A DNA stretch of 63,668 nt, counting the filler. It is 8 parts of 8 records of this genome, joined end to end, with 100 filler letters (N's around TTAATTAATTAA, not from the genome) between each part and the next. Parts side by side here need not be neighbours in the genome. Positions count along the whole stretch, not along the records: positions 14,560 to 21,391 come from SRR20825010_3528; positions 21,492 to 29,070 come from SRR20825010_3536; positions 29,171 to 36,765 come from SRR20825010_3544; 5 more parts are not named here. One strand, given 5' to 3'. Shown in pieces: positions 20,565 through 30,724 of the stretch (positions are counted from its first letter, which is position 1; every line of letters starts with the position of its first letter). The notes under the pieces are model-generated. The model did not search any database, was not told where the DNA came from, and saw only the letters and a program-made list of their open reading frames with translations. A program made the translations under genes and the position numbers.

Positions 20565-20949
20565 CGGGACGGCCCGTTGGATCAGACTGGCGGTCAAAAG
20601 GGGCACCGGGCGCGCACCATCAAGAACAACACCTTCGACCCGGCCAACATCGCTGATCTGAACGACGTTGTCTGGATAAGGATGGGACCATAGTCCGGGG
20701 CGCCAATCTGTTTGAACGCGAAATGCGGGACCGGGCGACCCCGAAAAACCGCATCCTTTAGTGGCTCAACCGGGAACGCGTGTTCGTCACAAGGAACAAG
20801 CCTGCCCAAAGGCGCTTGTCCTGACCATTTTTTGCACGGACCCGGCCACTTTGGCCCCGGTTCAGGTGTCAGCGGACCGCGCGATCTGCTAACACCGGGC
20901 CCAACCTACGGGCCGTCTGTTGCGCCCGGCGCCATGGCAGGATTTTACC

Positions 20950-21390
20950 TTGTTTCGATTTCTCAGACCCCTCCTGTCCAAACCCAAACAAGACAGGCTG
21001 GCGCAGGCCATAGAGCGGTTGGACACATCTGCCGAAACATTCCGCCGCGCAGCCGAGGCCTGCGGCCCGCCCCATTCGCAACTGTTCTGGCAGCTTGCTG
21101 GGGCGACCGCTGATTTACGCACACGCATCGAAGCGGACCCACCCCAGATCACCCCGCTGAGAAAGCTCATCTTTTTCTTTATTCCCAAGATGGCCGAACT
21201 GTGTACCCGGTGGACCGGACTGGCCGCCATGAACCCGCTGACCGCCCCCGATCCGCGCGCGCTGGACGATTTCCAATCCTATCTGTCGTTGATCCGCGCC
21301 GCCGAACAAAGCTGTCTTTCGCAGCAATATGACGGGCTGCACGCCTCCATGGCGACGATGGAACAGCAAATGGCGCGGCACGGATCGTGA
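20950..21390 (+). CDS. Hypothetical helical protein, weakly XpaC-like
   Basis: AGGA RBS then TTG; 'RIEADP..I..LRKLIFFFIPKM' resembles XpaC (5-bromo-4-chloroindolyl phosphate hydrolysis family). Confidence 0.45.
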   Translation: MFRFLRPLLSKPKQDRLAQAIERLDTSAETFRRAAEACGPPHSQLFWQLAGATADLRTRIEADPPQITPLRKLIFFFIPKMAELCTRWTGLAAMNPLTAPDPRALDDFQSYLSLIRAAEQSCLSQQYDGLHASMATMEQQMARHGS

Positions 21391-21391
21391 C

Positions 21392-21491
21392 NNNNNNNNN
21401 NNNNNNNNNNNNNNNNNNNNNNNNNNNNNNNNNNNTTAATTAATTAANNNNNNNNNNNNNNNNNNNNNNNNNNNNNNNNNNNNNNNNNNNN
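21392..21491. other. Artificial contig-joining spacer
   Basis: N44-TTAATTAATTAA-N44. Confidence 0.99.
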
Positions 21492-22153
21492 CCAATGCGC
21501 AAACCCGCAGGTATGGGGCGTGTCGCCTGAAACAAACCCTGAAGGTTGCGTAGCCGCTCACCCCGGCCAAGCTCTGCCTGTGCGCGGGCCTCGCCTGTTT
21601 TCACAAGCCAGTCTGTGTAAACCGGCCGTTGGATGTGCTGCCCCGCATGTTTGGCAATCAGCGCGGCTTGATTATAGCCTCGCTGCTTCAGTTTTTCCCG
21701 GCTGCCGGGCACCGGAATCAGTAAATCGGGCAGGGCATATTCTGCGTTTTGGGTGCCAAGTCCAAGCCAAGTCCCCATGAATGCGGCAAGTCCGTGTGCT
21801 TTTCCGTATTTTAGCTGCGCGATCCATTGGTCGAACGGGGCTGTGTAATCGCAACACACCACGCAGTCGGTTTGTTGGTCCGAGTTGTCCTCCTCTTTGG
21901 GTTTGCAGTGCCTGCAATGTGTCCAGCCGAAAGCCTGTGGCCGAGGGCCAAGCGTCAATCCACAGCTTCTGCAGCGAACATTGGGCATGCCTTCCAGCAG
22001 GCTGATGCAGGTGTCGCATGCAAAGCGCGCCAACTGGTTTGCGTGCGGGTTTTTAATCCCGGCATGGCAGGCCACACAGCGCCTTGGCAGCACTGCGTCG
22101 CCCATTCCCTGGCAAGTTCTATAGAATAGGCTGATCAACGGTTTTGGCAGCAT
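21492..22153 (-). CDS. comF: ComF family protein (double zinc ribbon + PRTase), 3'-truncated
   Basis: Four CxxC pairs, QLKYG, PVP...RGYNQA, RLRNL. Confidence 0.88.
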
Positions 22154-22166
22154 GGTCCTTCTCACA

Positions 22167-23081
22167 ATGTCCTCGCAGTATTGGAAACACCCCAGGTCGA
22201 ATGTCGCGCTGGCGCAGCAGTGGTTGCGCAGGGTACATGCGCCTTTGCCCTTTGTTCTCGACGAGGTCAACAAACGTATGGTGGCGCGTGCGCAGATCAT
22301 GCGCCCGGTCGAGGGAGGGGTGGTGCATCAAGGCTGGTTACACCCTGCCACCCTGCACGACGTTAAAAACCTGTTTGTTGGCCGCCAGTTCACCGTGTTC
22401 GCCCCCCAGGCAATTGAATTGCCTGTGGCGGCGGTGGATCAGGCGGCTGCATCTTTTTTGGCCAAGTTGTGGCCAGGGCGCTCCGCCGCGCCGAAAGCAA
22501 GCCATGCCACGGCCCTCGCGATCAATAGCCCCTTGCCATTGGGTGATGCAAGCCAGGCCATGGTCTGGTCACCCTTGTGGTTACACGGTGTGGAAGATCC
22601 GGGTCAGCAGCTGGCTGAATGGTTGCGCGTATTAAAGCCCGAAGGCGGGGTGTTTTTCAGTTGTTTCGGGCCCGACACCGCCCGTGAACTTCACGGCGTT
22701 GCGCGGGCGCTCGGTGAGCCCTTTCCGGACTTTGCCGACATGCACGATGTTGGCGACTTGATGGGCAAGCAGGGTTTTTCCGATCCGGTCATGGAAATGG
22801 AAAAACTGACCCTGACCTACACCACGCCAGAAAATCTGCTGGCAGACTGGCGGGCCTTGTCAGGAAACCCGCTGCGCCAAAGGCAGAAAGGCTTGTGTGC
22901 CCCTGGGCGTTATAAACAAGCAGTGATGCATCTTGAAAGTTTGCGCAACGCTGAAACCGGGCGAATTCCGATGACGCTTGAACTGGTGTACGGGCATGCC
23001 TGGAAGGTGAAAAGAATGACAAAAACCGATATTGCAACCGTAAAGGTTTCGGACATCAAGGGGCGCAAAGGGGCGAAATAG
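22167..23081 (+). CDS. BioC-like methyltransferase-domain protein with degenerate SAM motif
   Basis: EWLRVLKPEG, FGPDT, F.DMHDVGDL, GFSDPVMEME, ELVYGHAWK; no GxGxG. Confidence 0.8.
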   Translation: MSSQYWKHPRSNVALAQQWLRRVHAPLPFVLDEVNKRMVARAQIMRPVEGGVVHQGWLHPATLHDVKNLFVGRQFTVFAPQAIELPVAAVDQAAASFLAKLWPGRSAAPKASHATALAINSPLPLGDASQAMVWSPLWLHGVEDPGQQLAEWLRVLKPEGGVFFSCFGPDTARELHGVARALGEPFPDFADMHDVGDLMGKQGFSDPVMEMEKLTLTYTTPENLLADWRALSGNPLRQRQKGLCAPGRYKQAVMHLESLRNAETGRIPMTLELVYGHAWKVKRMTKTDIATVKVSDIKGRKGAK

Positions 23082-23278
23082 CGTGCTGCTGTGCAACATT
23101 TTGAAATGTAGCGCATTGTTTTCAACTTATTTCCGTGAAAACAGCTGCGGATTGCATGTGTTGTATTGCTTGGTTTAGAGCCTTGAGCCTATAATTCGAA
23201 GGTTTTAATGCACTCTTTTGGGTGTGCATTGGGTCTGAATGAATGCTCCTCAAGAGGTCGATGGGGAAAGAATTGAGC

Positions 23279-23764
23279 ATGATTCCAGAAAATTCAAGCC
23301 AGGCAAATCTGCCGCAAAGTAGTAAATGGGTCTTCAGGCGCAACTGCTCGCTTAGCCCCAAACAGCTTTTGCAGTGGTATTTAAGTCTTTGTTTCATCAC
23401 CTTGGTTGTGGCGACAGGCTTTTTGTTGGCGGGCTTCTGGATCGTGTTGCCTTTTGCCGGCATTGAATTGTTGTTGGTGGGCACGGCGTTCGTGGTTTAT
23501 GCAAGGCATGCAGGCGACTACGAATTGATCGAGCTCCAGCCCAGCCAGTTGCTTCTGGTGAAGGCCGACGGTTCTGAACTGACCCAGCTTGAATGGCCAT
23601 CCCAATGGGCCAGATTGAGCTACAACGGTAAATACAAAGAGCCCTTGGTATTCAGTTACAAGGGCCAACAAGTAAAAATCGGCAAGTTCATTGCCGAGAA
23701 AGACAAGTCGGCGCTGCATCGTGAACTGAAAGCGGCGTTGGCAAGGGTTGCATGCCCTGTATAG
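23279..23764 (+). CDS. DUF2244 membrane protein
   Basis: RNCSLSPKQL, GFWIVLPFAGIE, YARHA.DYE; typical position upstream of coxB. Confidence 0.85.
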   Translation: MIPENSSQANLPQSSKWVFRRNCSLSPKQLLQWYLSLCFITLVVATGFLLAGFWIVLPFAGIELLLVGTAFVVYARHAGDYELIELQPSQLLLVKADGSELTQLEWPSQWARLSYNGKYKEPLVFSYKGQQVKIGKFIAEKDKSALHRELKAALARVACPV

Positions 23765-23813
23765 GCATGTGGCTTCCACCAGTTTGATATTTTTTTTGAG
23801 ATTGAGGATCGCC

Positions 23814-24989
23814 ATGTTGAAGTCGTCCTTGGGTATTCGCAAAGTAGTAGCAACAGCTGCCGCGATTGCGATGACATCCTTCGGAGGTGCAGCGTTTGCC
23901 GAGAATGTTTCTGGGCAACCCTTGCAGTACAACCTCGTCGAGCCGGTTACTGAAATCGCGCGTCAAATCTATGATTTGCACACGTTGATGTTGGTAATCT
24001 GTTTGGTTATTTTCATTGCCGTATTCGGCGTGATGTTCTATTCAATCTTTGCGCACCGCAAATCAAAGGGTGCGAAATCCGCTTCTTTCCACGACAGCGT
24101 GAAAGTTGAAATTGCGTGGACCATCATCCCCTTCCTGATTGTGATTGGCATGGCTTTGCCTGCCACCAAAACAGTGGTCGCGATGAAAGACACGTCGAAC
24201 GCCGACCTGACCATCAAGGCCACCGGCTATCAGTGGAAGTGGGGCTATGAATACCTGGCCGGCGAGGGCGAGGGCATTTCCTTCCTGGCCACACTGTCCA
24301 CACCGCGCGACCAGATTGAAGACCACCAGGGCCAGGCTGTGGCTCGCGGTGAAAACTACCTGATGGAAGTGGACAACCACGTTGTAGTGCCAGTTGGCAA
24401 GAAAGTGCGTGTGGTTACCACCGCCAACGACGTGATCCACGCCTGGATGGTTCCCGCCTTTGGCGTGAAGCAGGATGCGATCCCCGGTTTTGTTCGCGAC
24501 ACCTGGTTCAAAGCCGAGCAGGAAGGCATCTACCGTGGTCAGTGTGCCGAGCTTTGTGGCAAAGACCACGCTTACATGCCCATCGTTGTAGAAGTAATGT
24601 CTGAGGAAAACTACTCCAAGTGGGTTCAGGCCAAGCTGGACGAAATGAAGTCCAAGCAAGACGACCCCACCAAAGAATGGGTGAAGGAAGATCTGGTTGC
24701 CCGTGGTGAGCAGGTTTACAACGCCAACTGTGCAGCTTGTCACCAGGCTTCCGGTGAAGGCATTCCAGGCGCATTCCCTGCGCTGGTTGATGCGGCATCG
24801 GTTAAAGGCCCACAGGCCGACCAAATTGCAATTTTGCTGAACGGCAAGGGCGCTGGCATGCCAGCGTGGAAGCAGTTGAGCGACGTTGAAATCGCCTCCG
24901 TGATTACTTACACACGAAACGCTTGGGCCAATGCTGGCACAGGTACCGACCCGGTTGTTCAGCCAAGTGCTGTTACGGCTGCACGTTAA
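23814..24989 (+). CDS. coxB: Cytochrome c oxidase subunit II with C-terminal cytochrome c
   Basis: DVIHAW, CAELCGKDHAYM CuA site, CAACH heme motif; start ATG 23814 after GAGGA. Confidence 0.96.
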   Translation: MLKSSLGIRKVVATAAAIAMTSFGGAAFAENVSGQPLQYNLVEPVTEIARQIYDLHTLMLVICLVIFIAVFGVMFYSIFAHRKSKGAKSASFHDSVKVEIAWTIIPFLIVIGMALPATKTVVAMKDTSNADLTIKATGYQWKWGYEYLAGEGEGISFLATLSTPRDQIEDHQGQAVARGENYLMEVDNHVVVPVGKKVRVVTTANDVIHAWMVPAFGVKQDAIPGFVRDTWFKAEQEGIYRGQCAELCGKDHAYMPIVVEVMSEENYSKWVQAKLDEMKSKQDDPTKEWVKEDLVARGEQVYNANCAACHQASGEGIPGAFPALVDAASVKGPQADQIAILLNGKGAGMPAWKQLSDVEIASVITYTRNAWANAGTGTDPVVQPSAVTAAR

Positions 24990-25010
24990 TAGATTGCTTA
25001 GGAGATTTAC

Positions 25011-26615
25011 ATGAGCACTACCGCGGCAGATTTGACCCACGGACATGGCCACGACCATGACCACTCGCACGACCATCCGCATGGCTGGCGCCGTTGGTTG
25101 TACGCAACCAACCACAAAGACATCGGTACGATGTACCTGATTTTCTCGTTCATCATGCTGCTGGAAGGCGGCGTGTTGGCCCTGATGCTGCGCGCAGAAT
25201 TGTTTGCGCCTGGCCTGCAACTGGTTCAGCCCGAGTTCTTTAACCAGCTGACCACCATGCACGGCTTGATCATGGTGTTCGGTGCCGTGATGCCCGCGTT
25301 TGTGGGTTTCGCCAACTGGATGATCCCGCTGCAAATTGGTTGTTCAGACATGGCGTTTGCCCGTATGAACAACTTCAGCTTCTGGCTGATGATTCCTGCT
25401 GCAATCATTTTGACAGCTTCATTCTTCATGCCCGGCGGCGCTACTGCTGCTGGCTGGACGCTGTACGCACCCTTGTCAGTACAGATGGGCCCCGGCATGG
25501 ACGCCGCCATTTTTGCGATGCACATTCTGGGTGCTTCCTCGATCATGGGTTCCATCAACATCATCACCACCATCCTGAACATGCGCGCTCCCGGCATGAC
25601 CTTGATGAAAATGCCGATGTTCGCCTGGACATGGTTGATCACTGCGTACCTGTTGATCGCCGTAATGCCTGTTTTGGCTGGCGCAATTACCATGGTGTTG
25701 ACTGACCGCCATTTCGGCACGTCATTCTTCAACGCTGCTGGCGGTGGCGATCCCGTGATGTACCAACACATCTTCTGGTTCTTCGGACACCCCGAGGTGT
25801 ACATCATGATCTTGCCCGCGTTCGGCATTGTGTCGCACATCGTGCCGACCTTCGCACGCAAAACCCTGTTCGGTTACAGCTCCATGGTGTACGCCACGTC
25901 GTCCATCGCGATTCTGTCCTTCATTGTGTGGGCGCACCACATGTTCACAACCGGCATGCCTGTAACAGGCCAGTTGTTCTTCATGTATGCAACTATGCTG
26001 ATTGCGGTGCCAACCGGCGTGAAAGTGTTTAACTGGCTGGCCACCATGTGGCGTGGTTCCATGACATTCGAAACCCCCATGCTGTTTGCAGTCGGTTTCA
26101 TTTTCGTGTTCACCATGGGCGGCTTCACTGGTCTTATTCTGGCTGTTGCACCTGTAGACATTCAATTGCAAGACACTTATTACGTGGTGGCGCACTTCCA
26201 CTACGTGCTGGTGGCAGGTTCATTGTTTGCCTTGTTTGCAGGTACCTACTACTGGTTGCCCAAGTGGTCCGGCCGTATGTACAGCGAAAAGCTGGGCAAG
26301 TTGCACTTCTGGTCTTCACTGATCAGCTTCAACGTAACCTTTTTCCCAATGCACTTCCTGGGTCTGGCCGGTATGCCACGTCGCTACGCCGACTACGCCA
26401 CACAGTTCACTGACTTCCACGCCATTGCCACCGTCGGTGCGTTCTGGTTTGGTTTGTCGCAGTTGATCTTCCTGTGGTGTGTTCTGCGTGCATGGACATT
26501 CCAGAAAGGCGAGCCAGCACCTGCAAGCCCATGGGAAGGTGCGGAAGGTCTGGAATGGACAGTTCCATCACCAGCCCCGTTCCACACGTTCGAAGAACCA
26601 CCTTTGGTGAAGTAA
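25011..26615 (+). CDS. ctaD: Cytochrome c oxidase subunit I
   Basis: TNHKDIG, GHPEVY, WAHH, AHFHY. Confidence 0.98.
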   Translation: MSTTAADLTHGHGHDHDHSHDHPHGWRRWLYATNHKDIGTMYLIFSFIMLLEGGVLALMLRAELFAPGLQLVQPEFFNQLTTMHGLIMVFGAVMPAFVGFANWMIPLQIGCSDMAFARMNNFSFWLMIPAAIILTASFFMPGGATAAGWTLYAPLSVQMGPGMDAAIFAMHILGASSIMGSINIITTILNMRAPGMTLMKMPMFAWTWLITAYLLIAVMPVLAGAITMVLTDRHFGTSFFNAAGGGDPVMYQHIFWFFGHPEVYIMILPAFGIVSHIVPTFARKTLFGYSSMVYATSSIAILSFIVWAHHMFTTGMPVTGQLFFMYATMLIAVPTGVKVFNWLATMWRGSMTFETPMLFAVGFIFVFTMGGFTGLILAVAPVDIQLQDTYYVVAHFHYVLVAGSLFALFAGTYYWLPKWSGRMYSEKLGKLHFWSSLISFNVTFFPMHFLGLAGMPRRYADYATQFTDFHAIATVGAFWFGLSQLIFLWCVLRAWTFQKGEPAPASPWEGAEGLEWTVPSPAPFHTFEEPPLVK

Positions 26616-26630
26616 TTGACCGAAAAGGAA

Positions 26631-26774
26631 ATGATTTTGACGCCTGAAGAGAAAGAAAAGGCCAAGCGAAACAAGCGCACAGGTTTGATTTTGCTCTCCG
26701 TGGCAGCAGTGTTTTTTCTGGGCATCCTGATCCGCAAGGTGATGGAGCCCAGCATTCTGAGCTTGGTGAACTAA
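26631..26774 (+). CDS. Cytochrome oxidase small assembly protein (47 aa; not in ORF track)
   Basis: AAGGA RBS; MILTPEEKEKAKRNKRTGLILLSVAAVFFLGILIRKVMEPSILSLVN between ctaD and ctaG. Confidence 0.8.
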   Translation: MILTPEEKEKAKRNKRTGLILLSVAAVFFLGILIRKVMEPSILSLVN

Positions 26775-26786
26775 GGGTAATGCAGC

Positions 26787-27353
26787 ATGGCACAGGAACA
26801 TAACCAGAAAACAGGCGGTTTGCACAAGCAGATGTTGCTGCGCCTGTTGGTAATTGTGGTGGCCATGTTTGCGTTCGGTTATGCATTGGTGCCTATTTAC
26901 AAGGCCATCTGCGAGATCACAGGGATCAACGTGTTGACCCCGCAAACCAAAAATGCGGCCGACATTGTGAAAAACACCCAAGTGGACAAAAGCCGAAGCA
27001 TTGAAGTAATTTTTGACGCAAATGAGCGGGGCAGCTTTCAGTTCAAACCTGAAACCAACCGAATGACTGTTCACCCCGGTGAATTGGTGACCGTGAATTA
27101 TGTGGTGTACAACAACCTGCCAAAAGACACGGCAGGTCAGGCTATACCCAGTTATTTGCCCACCAAGGCGGCCGAACATTTCACCAAACTGGAATGTTTC
27201 TGTTTCAAGCAGCAGCCGTTCAAGTCGGGCGAGAAAAAAGAGTTTCCGGTGGTGTTTGTGATCAACCCAAAGTTGCCACAAGATGTACACACCATCACCT
27301 TGAGTTATACGTTTTTTGAAGTGGCGGGTGCCACAGCTATGGCTGCAGAATAA
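26787..27353 (+). CDS. ctaG: Cytochrome c oxidase copper chaperone CtaG/Cox11
   Basis: VPIYKAICEITG, KLECFCF, ITLSYTFF. Confidence 0.95.
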   Translation: MAQEHNQKTGGLHKQMLLRLLVIVVAMFAFGYALVPIYKAICEITGINVLTPQTKNAADIVKNTQVDKSRSIEVIFDANERGSFQFKPETNRMTVHPGELVTVNYVVYNNLPKDTAGQAIPSYLPTKAAEHFTKLECFCFKQQPFKSGEKKEFPVVFVINPKLPQDVHTITLSYTFFEVAGATAMAAE

Positions 27354-27583
27354 TGTCGGAAGACATCAAACAGGCCGCGTCGCGCAAAGCGAACAAGGCG
27401 GTTTTTTTGCAAACCCTGTCGGCTGTGTTGTGGTCATTTTTTGGTGTCCGGAAAAGTAAAAGTCATTCCGAAGACATGCAGAATCTGAACCCCATTCACG
27501 TCATTGTAGTGGGCTTGCTTGCAGCCGCAGTGTTTGTACTGGGCTTGCTGGCTTTGGTGAATTATGTGGTGGGCTCTGCATAA
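27353..27583 (+). CDS. DUF2970 small membrane protein
   Basis: AVLWSFFGVRK...D..NLNPIHVI. Confidence 0.85.
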   Translation: MSEDIKQAASRKANKAVFLQTLSAVLWSFFGVRKSKSHSEDMQNLNPIHVIVVGLLAAAVFVLGLLALVNYVVGSA

Positions 27584-27647
27584 GCAGCACGGAACCTGCC
27601 TTCGAAGTATTGAAGCATTTAAATTTAAAGAAATAGGAGAAACCACC

Positions 27648-28502
27648 ATGCGTGCGAATGCACCATATTACTTTGTGCCTGGGTTGTCCCACTGGCCCGT
27701 GCTTGGCGCGGTTGCCATGTTCTTTTTCGTTTTGGGCATGTCGCAATGGGTCAACGGAGTAAGCTGGGGGCCGGCATCGTTTGCGCTCAGCATGGCCATT
27801 CTGATCTACGTGTTGACCGGTTGGTTCAAGCATGTGGTTGGCGAATCCCAAAGCGGGCAGTACAGCGATCGTGTGGACATTTCTTTCCGTTGGTCCATGG
27901 CGTGGTTCATCTTCTCTGAAGTAATGTTCTTCGCAGCATTTTTCGGTGCTTTGTTCTATGCGCGTCAAATTGCAATGCCCTGGCTTGGCGACATTGACAA
28001 CAAGGCCTTCCTGTGGCCCGACTTCACTGCCAACTGGCCCAATACCGGCCCTGCTGGCACCATTGATGCGTTCCAGACCATGGGCCCCTGGCCAATTCCA
28101 ACCATCAACACTGCGTTGTTGCTCACATCAGGCTTGACCCTGACCTGGGCACACCACGCACTGATCGCCAACAAGCGTGGTCAGTTGATCGGTGGTTTGG
28201 CATTGACCGTGTTGTTGGGCGCGATCTTCATGGGCTTCCAGGCTTATGAATACATTCACGCTTACCAAGACCTGAACCTGAAGATGACTTCAGGCATCTT
28301 CGGCTCAACCTTCTTCATGCTGACTGGTTTTCACGGCTTCCACGTGACGATTGGCGCCATCATGTTGTTCTTCATCATGATCCGCTGTATCAAGGGACAC
28401 TTCACGCCGCAAAGTCACTTTGCGTTCGAGGCGGCCGCCTGGTATTGGCACTTTGTTGACGTGGTGTGGTTGGGTCTGTACGTGGTGGTTTACTGGCTGT
28501 AA
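27648..28502 (+). CDS. coxC: Cytochrome c oxidase subunit III
   Basis: FIFSEVMFF, TGFHGFHV, WYWHFVDVVW; start ATG 27648 after AGGAG. Confidence 0.96.
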   Translation: MRANAPYYFVPGLSHWPVLGAVAMFFFVLGMSQWVNGVSWGPASFALSMAILIYVLTGWFKHVVGESQSGQYSDRVDISFRWSMAWFIFSEVMFFAAFFGALFYARQIAMPWLGDIDNKAFLWPDFTANWPNTGPAGTIDAFQTMGPWPIPTINTALLLTSGLTLTWAHHALIANKRGQLIGGLALTVLLGAIFMGFQAYEYIHAYQDLNLKMTSGIFGSTFFMLTGFHGFHVTIGAIMLFFIMIRCIKGHFTPQSHFAFEAAAWYWHFVDVVWLGLYVVVYWL

Positions 28503-28530
28503 GCTGGCAAAACACTGGCGACAAGAATGG

Positions 28531-28566
28531 AAAAAGCCACTGGAACGTTTCCGGTGGCTTTTTTTT
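28531..28566. terminator. Bidirectional intrinsic terminator
   Basis: AAAAAGCCACTGGAA-CGT-TTCCGGTGGCTTTTTTTT between convergent genes. Confidence 0.85.
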
Positions 28567-28577
28567 GAGTTCTGAGT

Positions 28578-28787
28578 TTATCGAATACCTGTGGATTCAA
28601 TCCATCCCATGTACCAGGAAAAGAGGATGAGAAGAAACAGCACGATTGACAAGCCGATACGCATGGTCAACGCGTTCACAGTGCGGCTCGATTTGCTTTT
28701 GTCTTTCATCAGAAAGAAAAGCGCCGAACCCAGGCTTGCGAAAATGCCCAGAAATGCCAGGCCAATGATCAACTTCATGGTGAACAC
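28578..28787 (-). CDS. Twin-transmembrane small protein (DUF2909/HIG1-like)
   Basis: SLGSALFFLMKD...ALTMRIGLS; typical of cox clusters. Confidence 0.85.
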   Translation of the reverse strand: MFTMKLIIGLAFLGIFASLGSALFFLMKDKSKSSRTVNALTMRIGLSIVLFLLILFSWYMGWIESTGIR

Positions 28788-28831
28788 CCTTCAAAAACTA
28801 ACCGTGTACAACACACATCTGGAAGTATGTC

Positions 28832-29070
28832 ATGGTTAAAGCAGTGAATTCACCCGGCAAGACAAAGCTTGCTTTTACCGTGTTGATCGGCGCGGGGTTG
28901 GTGTGGCTCACTTTTAGTTTGGGGCAGTGGCAAACGGGGCGGGCCCAGGAAAAGCAGGCGCTGTTTGACGTGCAAGCGCGTGCCTTGGCGGCTTCACCAA
29001 TATCGCCCGCCAGTGCACAGCTGGACTTGGACAATTTGTCCTACCGTAAAATTGAATTGCGGGGTACCTT
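28832..29070 (+). CDS. SURF1 family protein, 3'-truncated
   Basis: LGQWQ..RA.EK, YRKIELRG; cox-cluster context. Confidence 0.85.
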
Positions 29071-29170
29071 NNNNNNNNNNNNNNNNNNNNNNNNNNNNNN
29101 NNNNNNNNNNNNNNTTAATTAATTAANNNNNNNNNNNNNNNNNNNNNNNNNNNNNNNNNNNNNNNNNNNN
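29071..29170. other. Artificial contig-joining spacer
   Basis: N44-TTAATTAATTAA-N44. Confidence 0.99.
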
Positions 29171-30419
29171 CAAATCCGACTAAAATTAAGACCAGCAACA
29201 GAACCCCGGCACCAATTAACTGCGTGTTTCTTTGGCTGATTTGCAGGGCTTGAATCTGCGCTTGCTGAGAGAGCGTGGCTATTTCACTGTCTTTCTTTTC
29301 TGTTTCGTATTTGGTTTGGAGTTCGGCAAGCTTGATCTGATTGGTGTTATATAGGGTAGAATCATGTAGAGTCAAATACGCCTGTAGGTATGATACAGAA
29401 GTTTTGTATTCGCCCTTGATCCTATAGGCTTCAGCGAGCAGATAGTTGACCTTTTCAACCGAATAGCCCTTGGTGAGTAATGATTTCAATAATTCAATTG
29501 ATTTATCAGCTTGACCAATGCAAACAAGTGCTTGAGCTTCTTTGAGTTGGTTCAAATTTATATACTCAGAAGTGAACAGGTGTCCATAATTTTCCCGAAG
29601 TTCTTCAAGCTTAGCAAGTGCTTGCGTGCAATCCCCTCTGTCTGCTAAAGCGATCATGAGAGTGCCAAGTGCTCGCATTTCGGCATAGTCAAAATCCACG
29701 GATTTGGCCAGCTGAAATCCTTGATTAGCATAAAAAATTGCAGAATCAAGGTTGTAGATGGCATTGGTCTGGGCGTTTCCATGGGAAAATAGATCGCCGA
29801 GGCTTATGGAAGAACGAATCCACCTGCCAGTGTCTTTTGCATGAAGAATTACCCGATATCCGAAACTCATATTTTGGTAGGCTTCTTCATATCGATCCAT
29901 ACGTTGAAGTAGAAACCCAAGATTGAATTTAGACAAAGCCAATCCCATTCTGTTGCCACTTTTTTCCTCGTAATCGATGGACTTTTGATAAGCGGATAAT
30001 GCTTCTTCCAGTTTTTGCTTGGTGAAGTAATAATTCCCCAATGCATTGTAAGACACAGTCAAGTGTTTCAGAAGGCTATTTTTTTCCTGGAATTTGATAG
30101 CTTCAAGCAGATCGCCCTTGACATCCACTGAATCCTCAGAGTCTATGAAGACGATGGCATTTTGTACCTGAGCCAGATGATACGAACTATCCAGCCCATT
30201 GGATTTGGCCATCTCTACCGCACGTTTGGAATACCATTTGGCAGAATCTTCGGAGGTGCCGTAAAACGCCTTTGAAATTTGGATTAGAAGGTGAATTCTT
30301 TCACCGGAAGTATTTGAGAGCCGGTATTTTTCTTTTAAACTCTTAAGATCTGATTGACCGTAACCTGGATGGATAAACAAGATGAGAATCCCTAAAAGTG
30401 ATACCGTTTTAGCTAGCAT
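29171..30419 (-). CDS. TPR-containing membrane sensor (probable histidine kinase N-terminus), 3'-truncated
   Basis: Signal peptide, TPR-like helices (SYNALGNYY, KFNLGFLL), ELQTKYETEKKDSEI coiled coil, then a TM helix at the contig end; kinase domain not visible. Confidence 0.8.
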
Positions 30420-30493
30420 GGGAGCGCGGAATGGTCAAAGATCAAAAATGATAATTCCCATTCAATTTTCCCCGAATATTTTGGAATTGAGAT

Positions 30494-30526
30494 AAAAAAA
30501 CCCTGAAATTATAATTTCAAGGTTTT
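30494..30526 (-). terminator. Intrinsic terminator after small lipoprotein gene
   Basis: Minus strand AAAACCTTGAAATT-AT-AATTTCAGGGTTTT followed by TTT. Confidence 0.7.
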
Positions 30527-30542
30527 CGAGTGGATGCCAACA

Positions 30543-30686
30543 TTATGCCCAAAGCGCGTAATTGCCTCGAGCTTGTTGATCAAGGTTTTGGTTTGGCTGT
30601 GGCTCATCTTCTTCAGAACAACTAGAAAAAACCACAACAGATAGAACAACTAATGAAATTGACAAAAAGGTTCTTAATGTTTTCAT
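30543..30686 (-). CDS. Small lipoprotein/lipopeptide precursor (47 aa; not in ORF track)
   Basis: MKTLRTFLSISLVVLSVVVFSS-CSEEDEPQPNQNLDQQARGNYALWA; lipoprotein signal peptide plus own terminator. Confidence 0.75.
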   Translation of the reverse strand: MKTLRTFLSISLVVLSVVVFSSCSEEDEPQPNQNLDQQARGNYALWA

Positions 30687-30724
30687 GTCATTAATAGATC
30701 TAATTAAGCCGTTAAGCTAAAAAT

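Noticed and set aside
20565-20940. Short overlapping ORFs after the efflux adaptor
   Set aside because: No RBS, motif or family resemblance; likely intergenic.
25035-25083. His-rich repeat at the CtaD N-terminus
   Set aside because: Common in betaproteobacterial subunit I; not novel.
24063-27290. Antisense ORFs up to 423 aa over the cox genes
   Set aside because: Shadows of highly codon-biased genes.
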